From the NCBI GenBank assembly GCA_965261395.1, contig OZ253462.1:5408001-5472000 (forward strand): a DNA stretch of 64,000 bases, in the 5' to 3' direction. A program made the position numbers and the translations under genes. Each line of letters starts with the position of its first letter. The first letter of the stretch is position 1. The notes below the pieces were generated by a model. It saw only the letters and a program-made list of their open reading frames with translations, was not told the origin of the DNA and searched no databases. Source of the stretch: Candidatus Latescibacterota bacterium (lineage in GTDB: Bacteria > Latescibacterota > UBA2968 > UBA8231). Below are positions 49,788 through 58,848 of the stretch, in pieces.

Positions 49788-51947
49788 ATGGCAGGGCTTC
49801 TGTCCTTTTTCGTTTTTGCTATGCTGCTCAGTGCTGCGCACGTATTTGGTGCAACCGAATACCGCCTGGGCGGGATTAACGGCAACGATTGGCAGGCGGC
49901 CCTGACCGCAGAGAGCTTCTTCCAGATCCGGGATGCCGACGGCCAGCCACTGCGACAAGTGCCGGTGGGGATCTCGCCCTTTGGGGCGGGGGCCGACACG
50001 CTGGTCGATTTCTCCGGCACAGCGATCCAGCCCCGTTTGATTGACTCCTCCGTCAATATCGCCCGGGCCGATGTAGACGCCAGCAAGACCCAGATCCCCC
50101 TGCCCTATATGCCCGGTTCGAGAGTCCTTACCAATAATTGCGGTCAGGCGCAATTACACGCCAGCACGATCAAGCTAATGCTGGACGCCAATCCCGCTAC
50201 GGCCACTTTTCGCACCTTTGTGCAACGGGCTGGGGGCCGGCCTGGCGATGGCTTTACTTGGAGGGGGGCCGTGGTCTTTGATTTTGGCGGCGCGATCCCC
50301 ATCAATCGCATCCGCTTCTATCCCCGCCTGAGTCAGCGCGAAGACCGCCAACTGATCGAATCCCTGCGGGAACCCGCTTCGGATATCGAGCGCTTTGGCG
50401 AAGACAGCTTCCTAGCCAATTTCCTCGCTTGGTACGAGATCCGCACCGGCGACAATTCGGTCGTCTTTGCCCCAGATCCATGCAGCGGCACCAGCACCTT
50501 CCTCTTTGACAGTTCCAAGCGCGATTTAGGCGCTGTGGCCACCAGCAAGCGACGCACGGTCTTGGGCGACTTGCGGTGGGTGCGGAGCGGCGATCCACTG
50601 CTGACGGTGCTGAAATCCACCCATGAAAACCTCGACCCCGTCGTCGATCTACGCTTTCCCTCCCGCTCGACCCGCTGGCTCACCCTGCGCGCCTTCCCCC
50701 TGCGCGACTATGAAGTCGCCGAATTCGAAATCTACGGCGAGGGCTACGTCCCCGAGACCACCTACCTCACCCCCATCCTCGACTTCGGCCAAGCCGTTAC
50801 CTGGGGCAAAATACGCTGGGAAGGAGACGTGCCCGACGGTACCCGCATCGAGATTCGCACCCGCACCGGCCACACCCCCGATCCACTGCTCTACTTCGCG
50901 CCCAATATCAACGACGACCTCGTATCCATCACCCACGCCGAACACGCCAAAATTGATATCGCCGCCCGCCTAGTCCCCACCTACGACGCCGACCACTGGA
51001 GCTTCTGGTCGTCGCCCTACGAGTTTGCCGCCGGCCAACGCAACCCCAACCAGCCAGCCAGCACTTGGCAGGACGGCATCCTGCTGTTGTCGCCCGGCCC
51101 TAGCCGCTACATCCAAATCGCCATCAAGCTCTTCGCCAACTTCAACGTGGCCCCTCGCCTCGACCAACTCACCCTGCAGTTGAGCGAAACCCTGTCGGCG
51201 CAGGCGCTCGTCGGCGAGATCTGGCCTATTGAGGTCGCCTCCTTTGAACCGACCCCCTTTACGTATGTGGTCTTGCCCACCCTCAGCGACGACAATGCCG
51301 GCTTTGACCGCTTGGAAATCCGCACCCATGTCCGGGCGCACGCCGTGCGCGCGGTGCGCATCGATGGGCAGCCGGTGGACCTAGATCAGTTCGTCCCCCA
51401 CCTGCTCGACGATCGCCTCATCGTGTCCTTCCCACCGCTGACCGGCAGCGCCGACAGCTTCAAGCAGGTCGAGGTCGACTTCGACGTGCCAGTGCTGCGC
51501 TTTGGCACCGAGTTCAGTGGTTGGGTATTCAGCAACACGGATCCCGACCAGATCCGGCAGCGCATCGATCCGGGCAACGCCACGTTCCGCTTTGCTGGCG
51601 ACCTGCTGGCGGTCAACACGCCGGTGGGGGGCGACTTGCTGGTGGATGTGCGAGTACCCCAAGTGTTCACTCCCAACGACGACGGGATCAACGAGACCTT
51701 GACTATCGGCTACAAGCTGCGCGAGGTCACCGCCGACCGACCGATACAGGTGCGCATCTACGACTTGGCCGGTCGGCTGGTGGCACACCTGCCCGTGTTC
51801 AACGCCCGCAGCGGGGTCTTTATCCAAGAGTGGGATGGCCGCGACGAGCAGGACGCCTTAGTCCAACCCGGCACCTATATCTACGAATTGGCGCTCGATT
51901 CCGAGGAGCAGCACACCCAACGCGGCGTCTTTGCCGTCGCCTATTGA
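49788..51947 (+). CDS. Secreted FlgD/CHU_C-tailed protein, tandem paralog 1
   Basis: Signal peptide. AEFEIYGEGY. SPGPSRYIQ. PQVFTPN.DGINE. WDGRD. Ends AVAY. Confidence 0.85.
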   Translation: MAGLLSFFVFAMLLSAAHVFGATEYRLGGINGNDWQAALTAESFFQIRDADGQPLRQVPVGISPFGAGADTLVDFSGTAIQPRLIDSSVNIARADVDASKTQIPLPYMPGSRVLTNNCGQAQLHASTIKLMLDANPATATFRTFVQRAGGRPGDGFTWRGAVVFDFGGAIPINRIRFYPRLSQREDRQLIESLREPASDIERFGEDSFLANFLAWYEIRTGDNSVVFAPDPCSGTSTFLFDSSKRDLGAVATSKRRTVLGDLRWVRSGDPLLTVLKSTHENLDPVVDLRFPSRSTRWLTLRAFPLRDYEVAEFEIYGEGYVPETTYLTPILDFGQAVTWGKIRWEGDVPDGTRIEIRTRTGHTPDPLLYFAPNINDDLVSITHAEHAKIDIAARLVPTYDADHWSFWSSPYEFAAGQRNPNQPASTWQDGILLLSPGPSRYIQIAIKLFANFNVAPRLDQLTLQLSETLSAQALVGEIWPIEVASFEPTPFTYVVLPTLSDDNAGFDRLEIRTHVRAHAVRAVRIDGQPVDLDQFVPHLLDDRLIVSFPPLTGSADSFKQVEVDFDVPVLRFGTEFSGWVFSNTDPDQIRQRIDPGNATFRFAGDLLAVNTPVGGDLLVDVRVPQVFTPNDDGINETLTIGYKLREVTADRPIQVRIYDLAGRLVAHLPVFNARSGVFIQEWDGRDEQDALVQPGTYIYELALDSEEQHTQRGVFAVAY

Positions 51948-52060
51948 AACTGGAAGCGTTGAAGAGATTTTGTTTCAAATCGCTTCAGCTTGGGTGTATA
52001 CTTAACCTTCGCAACCCTTGAACTGCACACTTGTATTGGTGACGCAGCAAGGAGGACGTT

Positions 52061-54226
52061 ATGGCAGGCATAGTGTTGCTGTGTTTTTGCGGCGTCTTGT
52101 TCGGTGCTGTGCCCGTGTTGGGGGGGACGGAATACCGTATAGGCGGGATCGATGGCAACCCCTGGCAGGCTATCCTAGGCGGGGAAAGTGCCTACCAAGC
52201 TTTTGCTGCTGACGGCGAAGTGGAGCGCCAAGTATCAGTGGGGGTTTCGCCCTTTGGGGCCGGGGCCGATACCTTGATCGACTTTTCCGGCACCACGATC
52301 CAACCCCGGCTCATTGACCCCAGCGTCAATATCGCCCGGGCCGATGTCGAAGCCGGCAGAACCACCATCCCCTTGCCCTATATCCCCGGCTCCAGAGTCC
52401 TCAGCACGGATCACTGTATTGCTTGGGGCAATTTTCAACCCTCGATCAAGCTAATGCTGGACGGCGATCCAACTACGGCCGCCTTTCGCACGTTTGTCCA
52501 GCGAGTCGGCTCGCCGCCGGGCGTGGGCTATACCTGGACCAATTCCGTGGTATTCGATTTTGGTGCTAGTGTGCCGATCAACCGCATCCGCTTCTTCCCC
52601 CGCCTGAGCCGGAGAGAGGATCACCAGTTAGTCGAGACTATGGACGCGCCCACGCCGGAGGTGGAGACCTTTGGCGAAGACAGCTTCCTGGCCAACTTCC
52701 TCGCTTGGTATGAAATCCGCACTGGCGATAACTCGGTCGTCTTTGCCCCGGACCCCTGCAGCGGTAGCGGCAGCCTCACCTGCAGCGTGTGTAGAGCGGG
52801 GATTTCCAGCGATGTAGCGACGAGCAAACGGCGCACCGTCTTAGGCGACTTGCGGTGGGTGCGCAATGGCGATCCGCTGCTGACGGTGCTGGAATCCACC
52901 CGCGAAAACCTCGACCCCATCGTCGATATGCGCTTTCCCACCCGCTCGACCCGCTGGCTCACGCTGCGCACCTTCCCCCTGCGCGACTATGAAATCGCCG
53001 AATTCGAAATCTACGGTGAAGGCTATGTCCCCGAGACCACCTACCTCACCCCCATCCTCGACTTCGGCCAAGCCGTTACCTGGGGCAAAATCCGCTGGGA
53101 AGGCGAAGTGCCCGCCGGCACCCGCATCGAGATTCGTACCCGCACCGGCCACACCCCCGACCCGCTGCTCTACTTCGCGCCCAATATCAACGACGAGCTT
53201 ATACCCATCACTCGCGCCCAATACGACGCAATCGACAGATCCGCTCAACTGCTGCCCACCTACGACGCCGACCACTGGAGCTTCTGGTCGTCGCCCTACG
53301 AGTTTGCCGCCGGCCAGCGCAACTCCGACCAGCCAGCTAGCGCCTGGCACGACGGGATCCTGCTGTTGTCGCCCGGCCCTAGCCGCTACATCCAAATCGC
53401 CATCAAGCTTTTTGCCGACTTCAACGTGGCACCCCGCCTCGACCAACTCACCTTGCAGTTGAGTGAAACCCTGTCGGCGCAGGCGCTCGTCGGCGAGATC
53501 TGGCCGATTGAGGTCGCCTCCTTTGAACCGATCCCCTTTACCTATGTGGTCTTGCCCACCCTCAGCGACGACAACGCCGGCTTCGACCGCTTGGAAATCC
53601 TCACCCATGTCCGGGTTCACGCGGTGCGCGCGGTGCGCATCGATGGCCAGCCAGTAGGCCTAGACCAGTTCGTCCCACAATTACTCGACGATCGCCTCAT
53701 CGTGTCCTTCCCACCGCTGACCGGCACCGCTGACAACTTCAAGCAGGTCGAGGTCGACTTCGACGTGCCGGTGTTGCGCTTTGGCACTGAGTTCAGCGGG
53801 TGGGTGTTCAGCAGCACCGATCCCGATCAGATCCGGCAGCGCATCGATCCGGGCAACGCCACGTTCCGCTTTGCTGGCGATTTGCTGGCGGTCAACACGC
53901 CGGTGGGCGGTGATCTGCTGGTGGATGTGCGAGTACCCCAGGTGTTCACTCCCAATGGCGACGGGATCAACGAGACCTTGCCTATCGCCTACAAGCTGCG
54001 CGAGGTCACCGCCGACCGAGCCGTGCAGGTGCGCATCTACGACTTGGCCGGTCGGCTGGTGGCGCACCTACCCGTGTTCAAGGCACGCAGCGGGGTCTTT
54101 GTCCAGCACTGGAACGGCCGCGACGAGCAGGACGCCTTGGTTCAGCCCGGCACCTATATCTACGAATTGACCCTTGATTCCGAGGAGCAATACACCCAAC
54201 AAGGCGTCTTTGCCGTCGCCTATTGA
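52061..54226 (+). CDS. Secreted FlgD/CHU_C-tailed protein, tandem paralog 2
   Basis: Near-identical framework to paralog 1. AAGGAGG RBS. Confidence 0.85.
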   Translation: MAGIVLLCFCGVLFGAVPVLGGTEYRIGGIDGNPWQAILGGESAYQAFAADGEVERQVSVGVSPFGAGADTLIDFSGTTIQPRLIDPSVNIARADVEAGRTTIPLPYIPGSRVLSTDHCIAWGNFQPSIKLMLDGDPTTAAFRTFVQRVGSPPGVGYTWTNSVVFDFGASVPINRIRFFPRLSRREDHQLVETMDAPTPEVETFGEDSFLANFLAWYEIRTGDNSVVFAPDPCSGSGSLTCSVCRAGISSDVATSKRRTVLGDLRWVRNGDPLLTVLESTRENLDPIVDMRFPTRSTRWLTLRTFPLRDYEIAEFEIYGEGYVPETTYLTPILDFGQAVTWGKIRWEGEVPAGTRIEIRTRTGHTPDPLLYFAPNINDELIPITRAQYDAIDRSAQLLPTYDADHWSFWSSPYEFAAGQRNSDQPASAWHDGILLLSPGPSRYIQIAIKLFADFNVAPRLDQLTLQLSETLSAQALVGEIWPIEVASFEPIPFTYVVLPTLSDDNAGFDRLEILTHVRVHAVRAVRIDGQPVGLDQFVPQLLDDRLIVSFPPLTGTADNFKQVEVDFDVPVLRFGTEFSGWVFSSTDPDQIRQRIDPGNATFRFAGDLLAVNTPVGGDLLVDVRVPQVFTPNGDGINETLPIAYKLREVTADRAVQVRIYDLAGRLVAHLPVFKARSGVFVQHWNGRDEQDALVQPGTYIYELTLDSEEQYTQQGVFAVAY

Positions 54227-54337
54227 AACTGGAAGCGTTGAAGAGATTTTGTTTCTAAACGATTAGCTGGGGTGTATACTTAATCTTCGTAACCCTTGAA
54301 TTGCACACTTGTATTGTGAAGCAGCAAGGAGGACGTT

Positions 54338-56488
54338 ATGGCAGGCATCGTGTTGCTGTGTTTTTGCAGCGTCTTGCTGGGTGCTGTGCCTGTGTTGGGG
54401 GGGACGGAATACCGCCTGGGCGGGCCCGATGGCAACCCTTGGCAGGCCGTCCTGGCCGGGGAAAGTGCCTACCAAGCTTTTGCTGCTGACGGCCAAGTTG
54501 AGCGTCAAGTATCGGTGGGGATTGCGCCCTTTGGCACGGGAGCCGATACGCTGGTTGATTTCTCCGGCACAGCCATCCAGCCCCGTTTGATTGACTCCTC
54601 CGTCAATATCGCCCGGGCCGATGTGGACGCCAGCAAGACCCAGATCCCCCTGCCCTATATGCCCGGTTCGAGAGTCCTTACCAATAGTTGCGGTCAGGCG
54701 CAAGGACATGCCAATACGATCAAGCTAATGCTGGACGCCAATCCCGCTACGGCCACCTTCCGCACCTTTGTGCAACGGGTCGGAGGCCGGCCTGGGGATG
54801 GCTTTTCTTGGAGGGGGGCTGTAGTCTTTGATTTTGGCGGCGCGATCCCCATCAATCGCATCCGCTTCTATCCCCGCCTGAGTCAGCGCGAAGACCGCCA
54901 ACTGATCGAATCCCTGCGGGAACCCGCTTCGGATATCGAGCGCTTTGGCGAAGACAGCTTCCTAGCCAATTTCCTCGCTTGGTACGAGATCCGCACCGGC
55001 GATAACTCGGTCGTCTTTGCCCCAGATCCATGCAGCGGCACTGGCCGTAACAGCGCCTACATCTACAACGACGTTGTGGCGACGAGTAAGCGACGCACCG
55101 TCTTGGGCGACTTGCGGTGGGTGCGGAGCGGCGATCCGCTGCTGACGGTGTTGGAATCCACCCACGAAAACCTCGACCCCGTCGTCGATCTACGCTTCCC
55201 CGTCCGCTCGGTCCGCTGGCTCACCCTGCGCGCCTTCCCCCTGCGCGACTATGAAGTCGCCGAATTCGAAATCTACGGCGACGGCTATGTCCCCGAGACG
55301 ACCTACCTCACCCCTATCCTCGACTTCGGACAAGCCGTCACCTGGGGTAAAATACGCTGGGAAGGCGACATGCCCGACGGCACCCGCATCGAGATTCGCA
55401 CCCGCACCGGCCACACCCCCGACCCGCTGCTCTACTTTGCACCCAATATCAACGACGACCTCGTACCCATCACCCACGCCGAACAAGCCAAAATCGATAT
55501 CGCCGCTCAACTGCTGCCCGTCTACGATGCCGACCACTGGAGCTTCTGGTCGTCGCCCTACGACTTTGCCGCCGGACAGCGCAACTCCGACCAGCCGGCC
55601 AACGCCTGGCAGGACGGAATGCTGCTTTTGTCGCCCGGTCCCAGCCGCTATATCCAAATCGCCATCAAGCTCTTTGCCAACTTCAACGTGGCACCTCGCA
55701 TCGACCAACTCACCTTGCAGTTGAGCGAAACCCTGTCGGCGCAGGCGCTCGTCGGTGAGATCTGGCCGATTGAGGTCGCCTCCTTTGAACCCACTCCCTT
55801 TACGTATGTGGTTTTGCCCACCCTCAGCGACGACAACGCCGGCTTTGACCGCTTGGAAATCTTCACTCACGTCCAAGCGCACGCGGTGCGCTCGGTGCGC
55901 ATCGACGGCCAGCCCGTCGACCTAAACCAGTTCGTCCCCCACCTGCTCGACGATCGCCTCATCGTGTCCTTTCCGCCGCTGACCGGCAGCGCCGACAGCT
56001 TCAAGCAGGTCGAGGTCGACTTCGACGTGCCAGTGCTGCGCTTTGGCACCGAGTTCAGCGGGTGGGTGTTCAGCAGCACGGATCCCGATCAGATCCGGCA
56101 GCGCATCGATCCAGGCAACGCCACGTTCCGCTTTGCCGGCGACTTGCTGGCCGTCAGCACGCCGGTAGGGGGCGACCTATTGGTGGATGTGCAGGTGCCT
56201 CAGATGTTCACGCCCAATGGCGATAGGATCAACGAGACTTTGACCATCACCTACAAGCTGCGCGAGGTCACGGCTGATCGACCGGTGCAGGTGCGCATCT
56301 ACGACTTGGCGGGTCGGCTGGTGGCGCACCTACCCGTGTCCAACGCCCGCAGCGGGGTCTTTGTCCAGGAGTGGAACGGCCGCGACGAGCAGGACGCCTT
56401 GGTTCAGCCCGGCACCTATATCTACGAATTGACCCTTGATTCCGAAGAGCAATACACCCAACAAGGCGTCTTTGCCGTCGCCTATTGA
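54338..56488 (+). CDS. Secreted FlgD/CHU_C-tailed protein, tandem paralog 3
   Basis: Near-identical framework to paralogs 1 and 2. AAGGAGG RBS. Confidence 0.85.
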   Translation: MAGIVLLCFCSVLLGAVPVLGGTEYRLGGPDGNPWQAVLAGESAYQAFAADGQVERQVSVGIAPFGTGADTLVDFSGTAIQPRLIDSSVNIARADVDASKTQIPLPYMPGSRVLTNSCGQAQGHANTIKLMLDANPATATFRTFVQRVGGRPGDGFSWRGAVVFDFGGAIPINRIRFYPRLSQREDRQLIESLREPASDIERFGEDSFLANFLAWYEIRTGDNSVVFAPDPCSGTGRNSAYIYNDVVATSKRRTVLGDLRWVRSGDPLLTVLESTHENLDPVVDLRFPVRSVRWLTLRAFPLRDYEVAEFEIYGDGYVPETTYLTPILDFGQAVTWGKIRWEGDMPDGTRIEIRTRTGHTPDPLLYFAPNINDDLVPITHAEQAKIDIAAQLLPVYDADHWSFWSSPYDFAAGQRNSDQPANAWQDGMLLLSPGPSRYIQIAIKLFANFNVAPRIDQLTLQLSETLSAQALVGEIWPIEVASFEPTPFTYVVLPTLSDDNAGFDRLEIFTHVQAHAVRSVRIDGQPVDLNQFVPHLLDDRLIVSFPPLTGSADSFKQVEVDFDVPVLRFGTEFSGWVFSSTDPDQIRQRIDPGNATFRFAGDLLAVSTPVGGDLLVDVQVPQMFTPNGDRINETLTITYKLREVTADRPVQVRIYDLAGRLVAHLPVSNARSGVFVQEWNGRDEQDALVQPGTYIYELTLDSEEQYTQQGVFAVAY

Positions 56489-56600
56489 AACTGGAAGCGT
56501 GGAAGAAATTTTGTTTCTAAACGATTAGCTGGGGTGTATACTTAATCTTCGTAACCCTTGAATTGCACACTTGTATTGGTGAAGCAGCAAGGAGGACGTT

Positions 56601-58757
56601 ATGGCAGGCATCGTGTTGCTGTGTTTTTGCGGCGTCTTGTTGGGTGCTGTGCCCGTGTTGGGAGGAACGGAATACCGTCTAGGCGGGATCGGTGGCAACC
56701 CTTGGCAGGTCCTCCTGGCCGGGGAAAGCGCCTACCAAGCCTTTGCTGCTGACGGCGAAGTGGAGCGCCAAGTATCCGTGGGGATTGCGCCCTTGGGGGC
56801 CGGGGCCGATACCCTGATCGACTTTTCTGGCACCTCAATTCAGCCTCGGCTCATTGACCCCAGCGTCAATATCGCCCGGGCCGATGTCGAAGCCGGTAGG
56901 GCGACCATCCCCTTGCCCTATATCCCCGGCTCTAGGGTACTCAACAACAATAGTTGCTGGTCCTGGGGCAATATGCAACCCTCGATCAAGCTAATGCTGG
57001 ACGGCGATCCGACCACGGCCGCCTTTCGCACCTTTGTCCAACGGGTCGGCTCGCCGCCGGGCGTGGGCTATGGCTGGGGCAATTCCGTGATATTCGATTT
57101 TGGAACTGGTGTGCCGATCAACCGCATCCGCTTCTATCCCCGCCTGAGCCGCCGGGAAGACCGCCCGTTAATCGAGACCATGCGCCCTCCCACCCCCGCC
57201 GTCGAAACCTTTGGCCAAGACAGCTTCCTCGACAATTTCCTCGCCTGGTACGAGATCCGCAGCGGCGATAATTCGATTGTCTTTGCCAATGACTCATGCA
57301 ATGCCAACGACTACGGCAGCGGCGGAGATCGCAATATCAACGTTGTGGCCACCAGCAAGCGGCGCACAGTCCTAGGCGACTTGACCTGGGTGCGCAATGG
57401 CGACCCCAGACTGACGGTGCTAAAAACCACCCGCGAAAACCTCGACCCGGTCGTCGATCTGCGCTTCCCCGTCCGCTCGACCCGCTGGCTCACCCTGCGC
57501 GCCTTCCCCCTGCGCGACTATGAAGTCGCCGAATTCGAAATCTACGGCGACGGCTACGTCCAAGAGGCCACCTACCTCACCCCCATCCTCGACTTCGGAC
57601 AAGCCGTCACCTGGGGCAAAATACGCTGGGAAGGTGAGGTGCCCGACGGCACCCGCATCGAAATCCGCACCCGCACCGGCCACACCCCCGATCCACTGCT
57701 CTACTTCGCCCCCAATACCAACGACGACCTCGTATCCATCACCCGCGCCCAATACGACGCAATCGATATCGCTGTTCAATTACTTCCCATCTACGATGCC
57801 GACCACTGGAGCTTCTGGTCGTCGCCCTACGAGTTTGCCGCCGGTCAACGCAATCCCAATCAGCCGGCCAGCGACTGGCACGACGGGATCCTGCTGTTGT
57901 CGCCCGGCCCCAGCCGCTACATCCAAATAGCCATCAAGCTCTTCGCCGACTTCCATGTGGCACCCCGCCTCGACCAACTCACCCTGCAGTTGAGTGAAAC
58001 CCTGTCGGCGCAGGCGCTCGTCGGCGAGATCTGGCCGATTGAGGTCGCCTCCTTTGAACCCACCCCCTTTACCTATGTGGTTCTGCCCACCCTCAGCGAC
58101 GACAACGCCGGCTTCGACCGCTTGGAAATCCTCACCCACGTCCGGGCGCACGGCGTGCGCGCGGTGCGCATCGATGGCCAGCCAGTAGGCCTAGACCAGT
58201 TCGTCCCGCAATTACTCGACGATCGCCTGATCGTGTCCTTCCCACCGCTGACCGGCACCGCCGACAACTTCAAGCAGGTCGAGGTCGACTTCGACGTGCC
58301 GGTGTTGCGCTTTGGCACTGAGTTCAGCGGGTGGGTGTTCAGCAGCACCGATCCCGACCAGATCCGGCAGCGCATCGATCCAGGCAACGCCACGTTCCGC
58401 TTTGCCGGCGACTTGCTGGCCGTCAACACGCCGGTGGGGGGCGACTTGCTGGTAGATGTGGAGGTGCCTGAGGTGTTCACCCCCAACGGCGACGGGATCA
58501 ACGAGACCTTGCCCATCGCCTACAAACTGCGCGAAGTCACGGCTGACCGGCCGGTGCAGGTGCGCATCTACGACTTGGCGGGTCGGCTGGTGGCGCACCT
58601 ACCCGTGTTCAACGCCCGCAGCGGGGTCTTCATCCAAGAGTGGGATGGCCGCGACGAGCAGGACGCCTTGGTTCAGCCCGGCACCTATATCTACGAATTG
58701 ACCCTTGATTCCGAGGAGCAATACACCCAACAAGGCGTCTTTGCCGTCGCTTACTAG
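56601..58757 (+). CDS. Secreted FlgD/CHU_C-tailed protein, tandem paralog 4
   Basis: Near-identical framework to paralogs 1-3. AAGGAGG RBS. Confidence 0.85.
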   Translation: MAGIVLLCFCGVLLGAVPVLGGTEYRLGGIGGNPWQVLLAGESAYQAFAADGEVERQVSVGIAPLGAGADTLIDFSGTSIQPRLIDPSVNIARADVEAGRATIPLPYIPGSRVLNNNSCWSWGNMQPSIKLMLDGDPTTAAFRTFVQRVGSPPGVGYGWGNSVIFDFGTGVPINRIRFYPRLSRREDRPLIETMRPPTPAVETFGQDSFLDNFLAWYEIRSGDNSIVFANDSCNANDYGSGGDRNINVVATSKRRTVLGDLTWVRNGDPRLTVLKTTRENLDPVVDLRFPVRSTRWLTLRAFPLRDYEVAEFEIYGDGYVQEATYLTPILDFGQAVTWGKIRWEGEVPDGTRIEIRTRTGHTPDPLLYFAPNTNDDLVSITRAQYDAIDIAVQLLPIYDADHWSFWSSPYEFAAGQRNPNQPASDWHDGILLLSPGPSRYIQIAIKLFADFHVAPRLDQLTLQLSETLSAQALVGEIWPIEVASFEPTPFTYVVLPTLSDDNAGFDRLEILTHVRAHGVRAVRIDGQPVGLDQFVPQLLDDRLIVSFPPLTGTADNFKQVEVDFDVPVLRFGTEFSGWVFSSTDPDQIRQRIDPGNATFRFAGDLLAVNTPVGGDLLVDVEVPEVFTPNGDGINETLPIAYKLREVTADRPVQVRIYDLAGRLVAHLPVFNARSGVFIQEWDGRDEQDALVQPGTYIYELTLDSEEQYTQQGVFAVAY

Positions 58758-58848
58758 TCCCGCGTCCCAGCCATAAAGAGTAGAATTCTGGCGCTGAGGC
58801 TCTCGGCTCAGATTGCAAGAATAGAACACGCCCAACGATCTCTCAGGT

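Larger units (their letters stand above)
49788..58757 (+). repeat. Tandem array of four ~2.27-kb gene-sized units with conserved ~112-bp spacers
   Basis: Start-to-start distances are 2273, 2277 and 2263 bp. Spacers 51948-52060, 54227-54337 and 56489-56600 are near-identical. Confidence 0.95.

Noticed and set aside
51948-56600. Repeated intergenic sequences as CRISPR repeats, attC sites or IS ends
   Set aside because: They are parts of gene-sized duplications. No inverted-repeat or attC structure and no integrase were seen.
49788-58757. Diversity-generating retroelement or shufflon as the source of loop variation
   Set aside because: No reverse transcriptase, template repeat or recombinase is in the window. 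The differences include indels and are not adenine-restricted. All copies are full-length and co-oriented.
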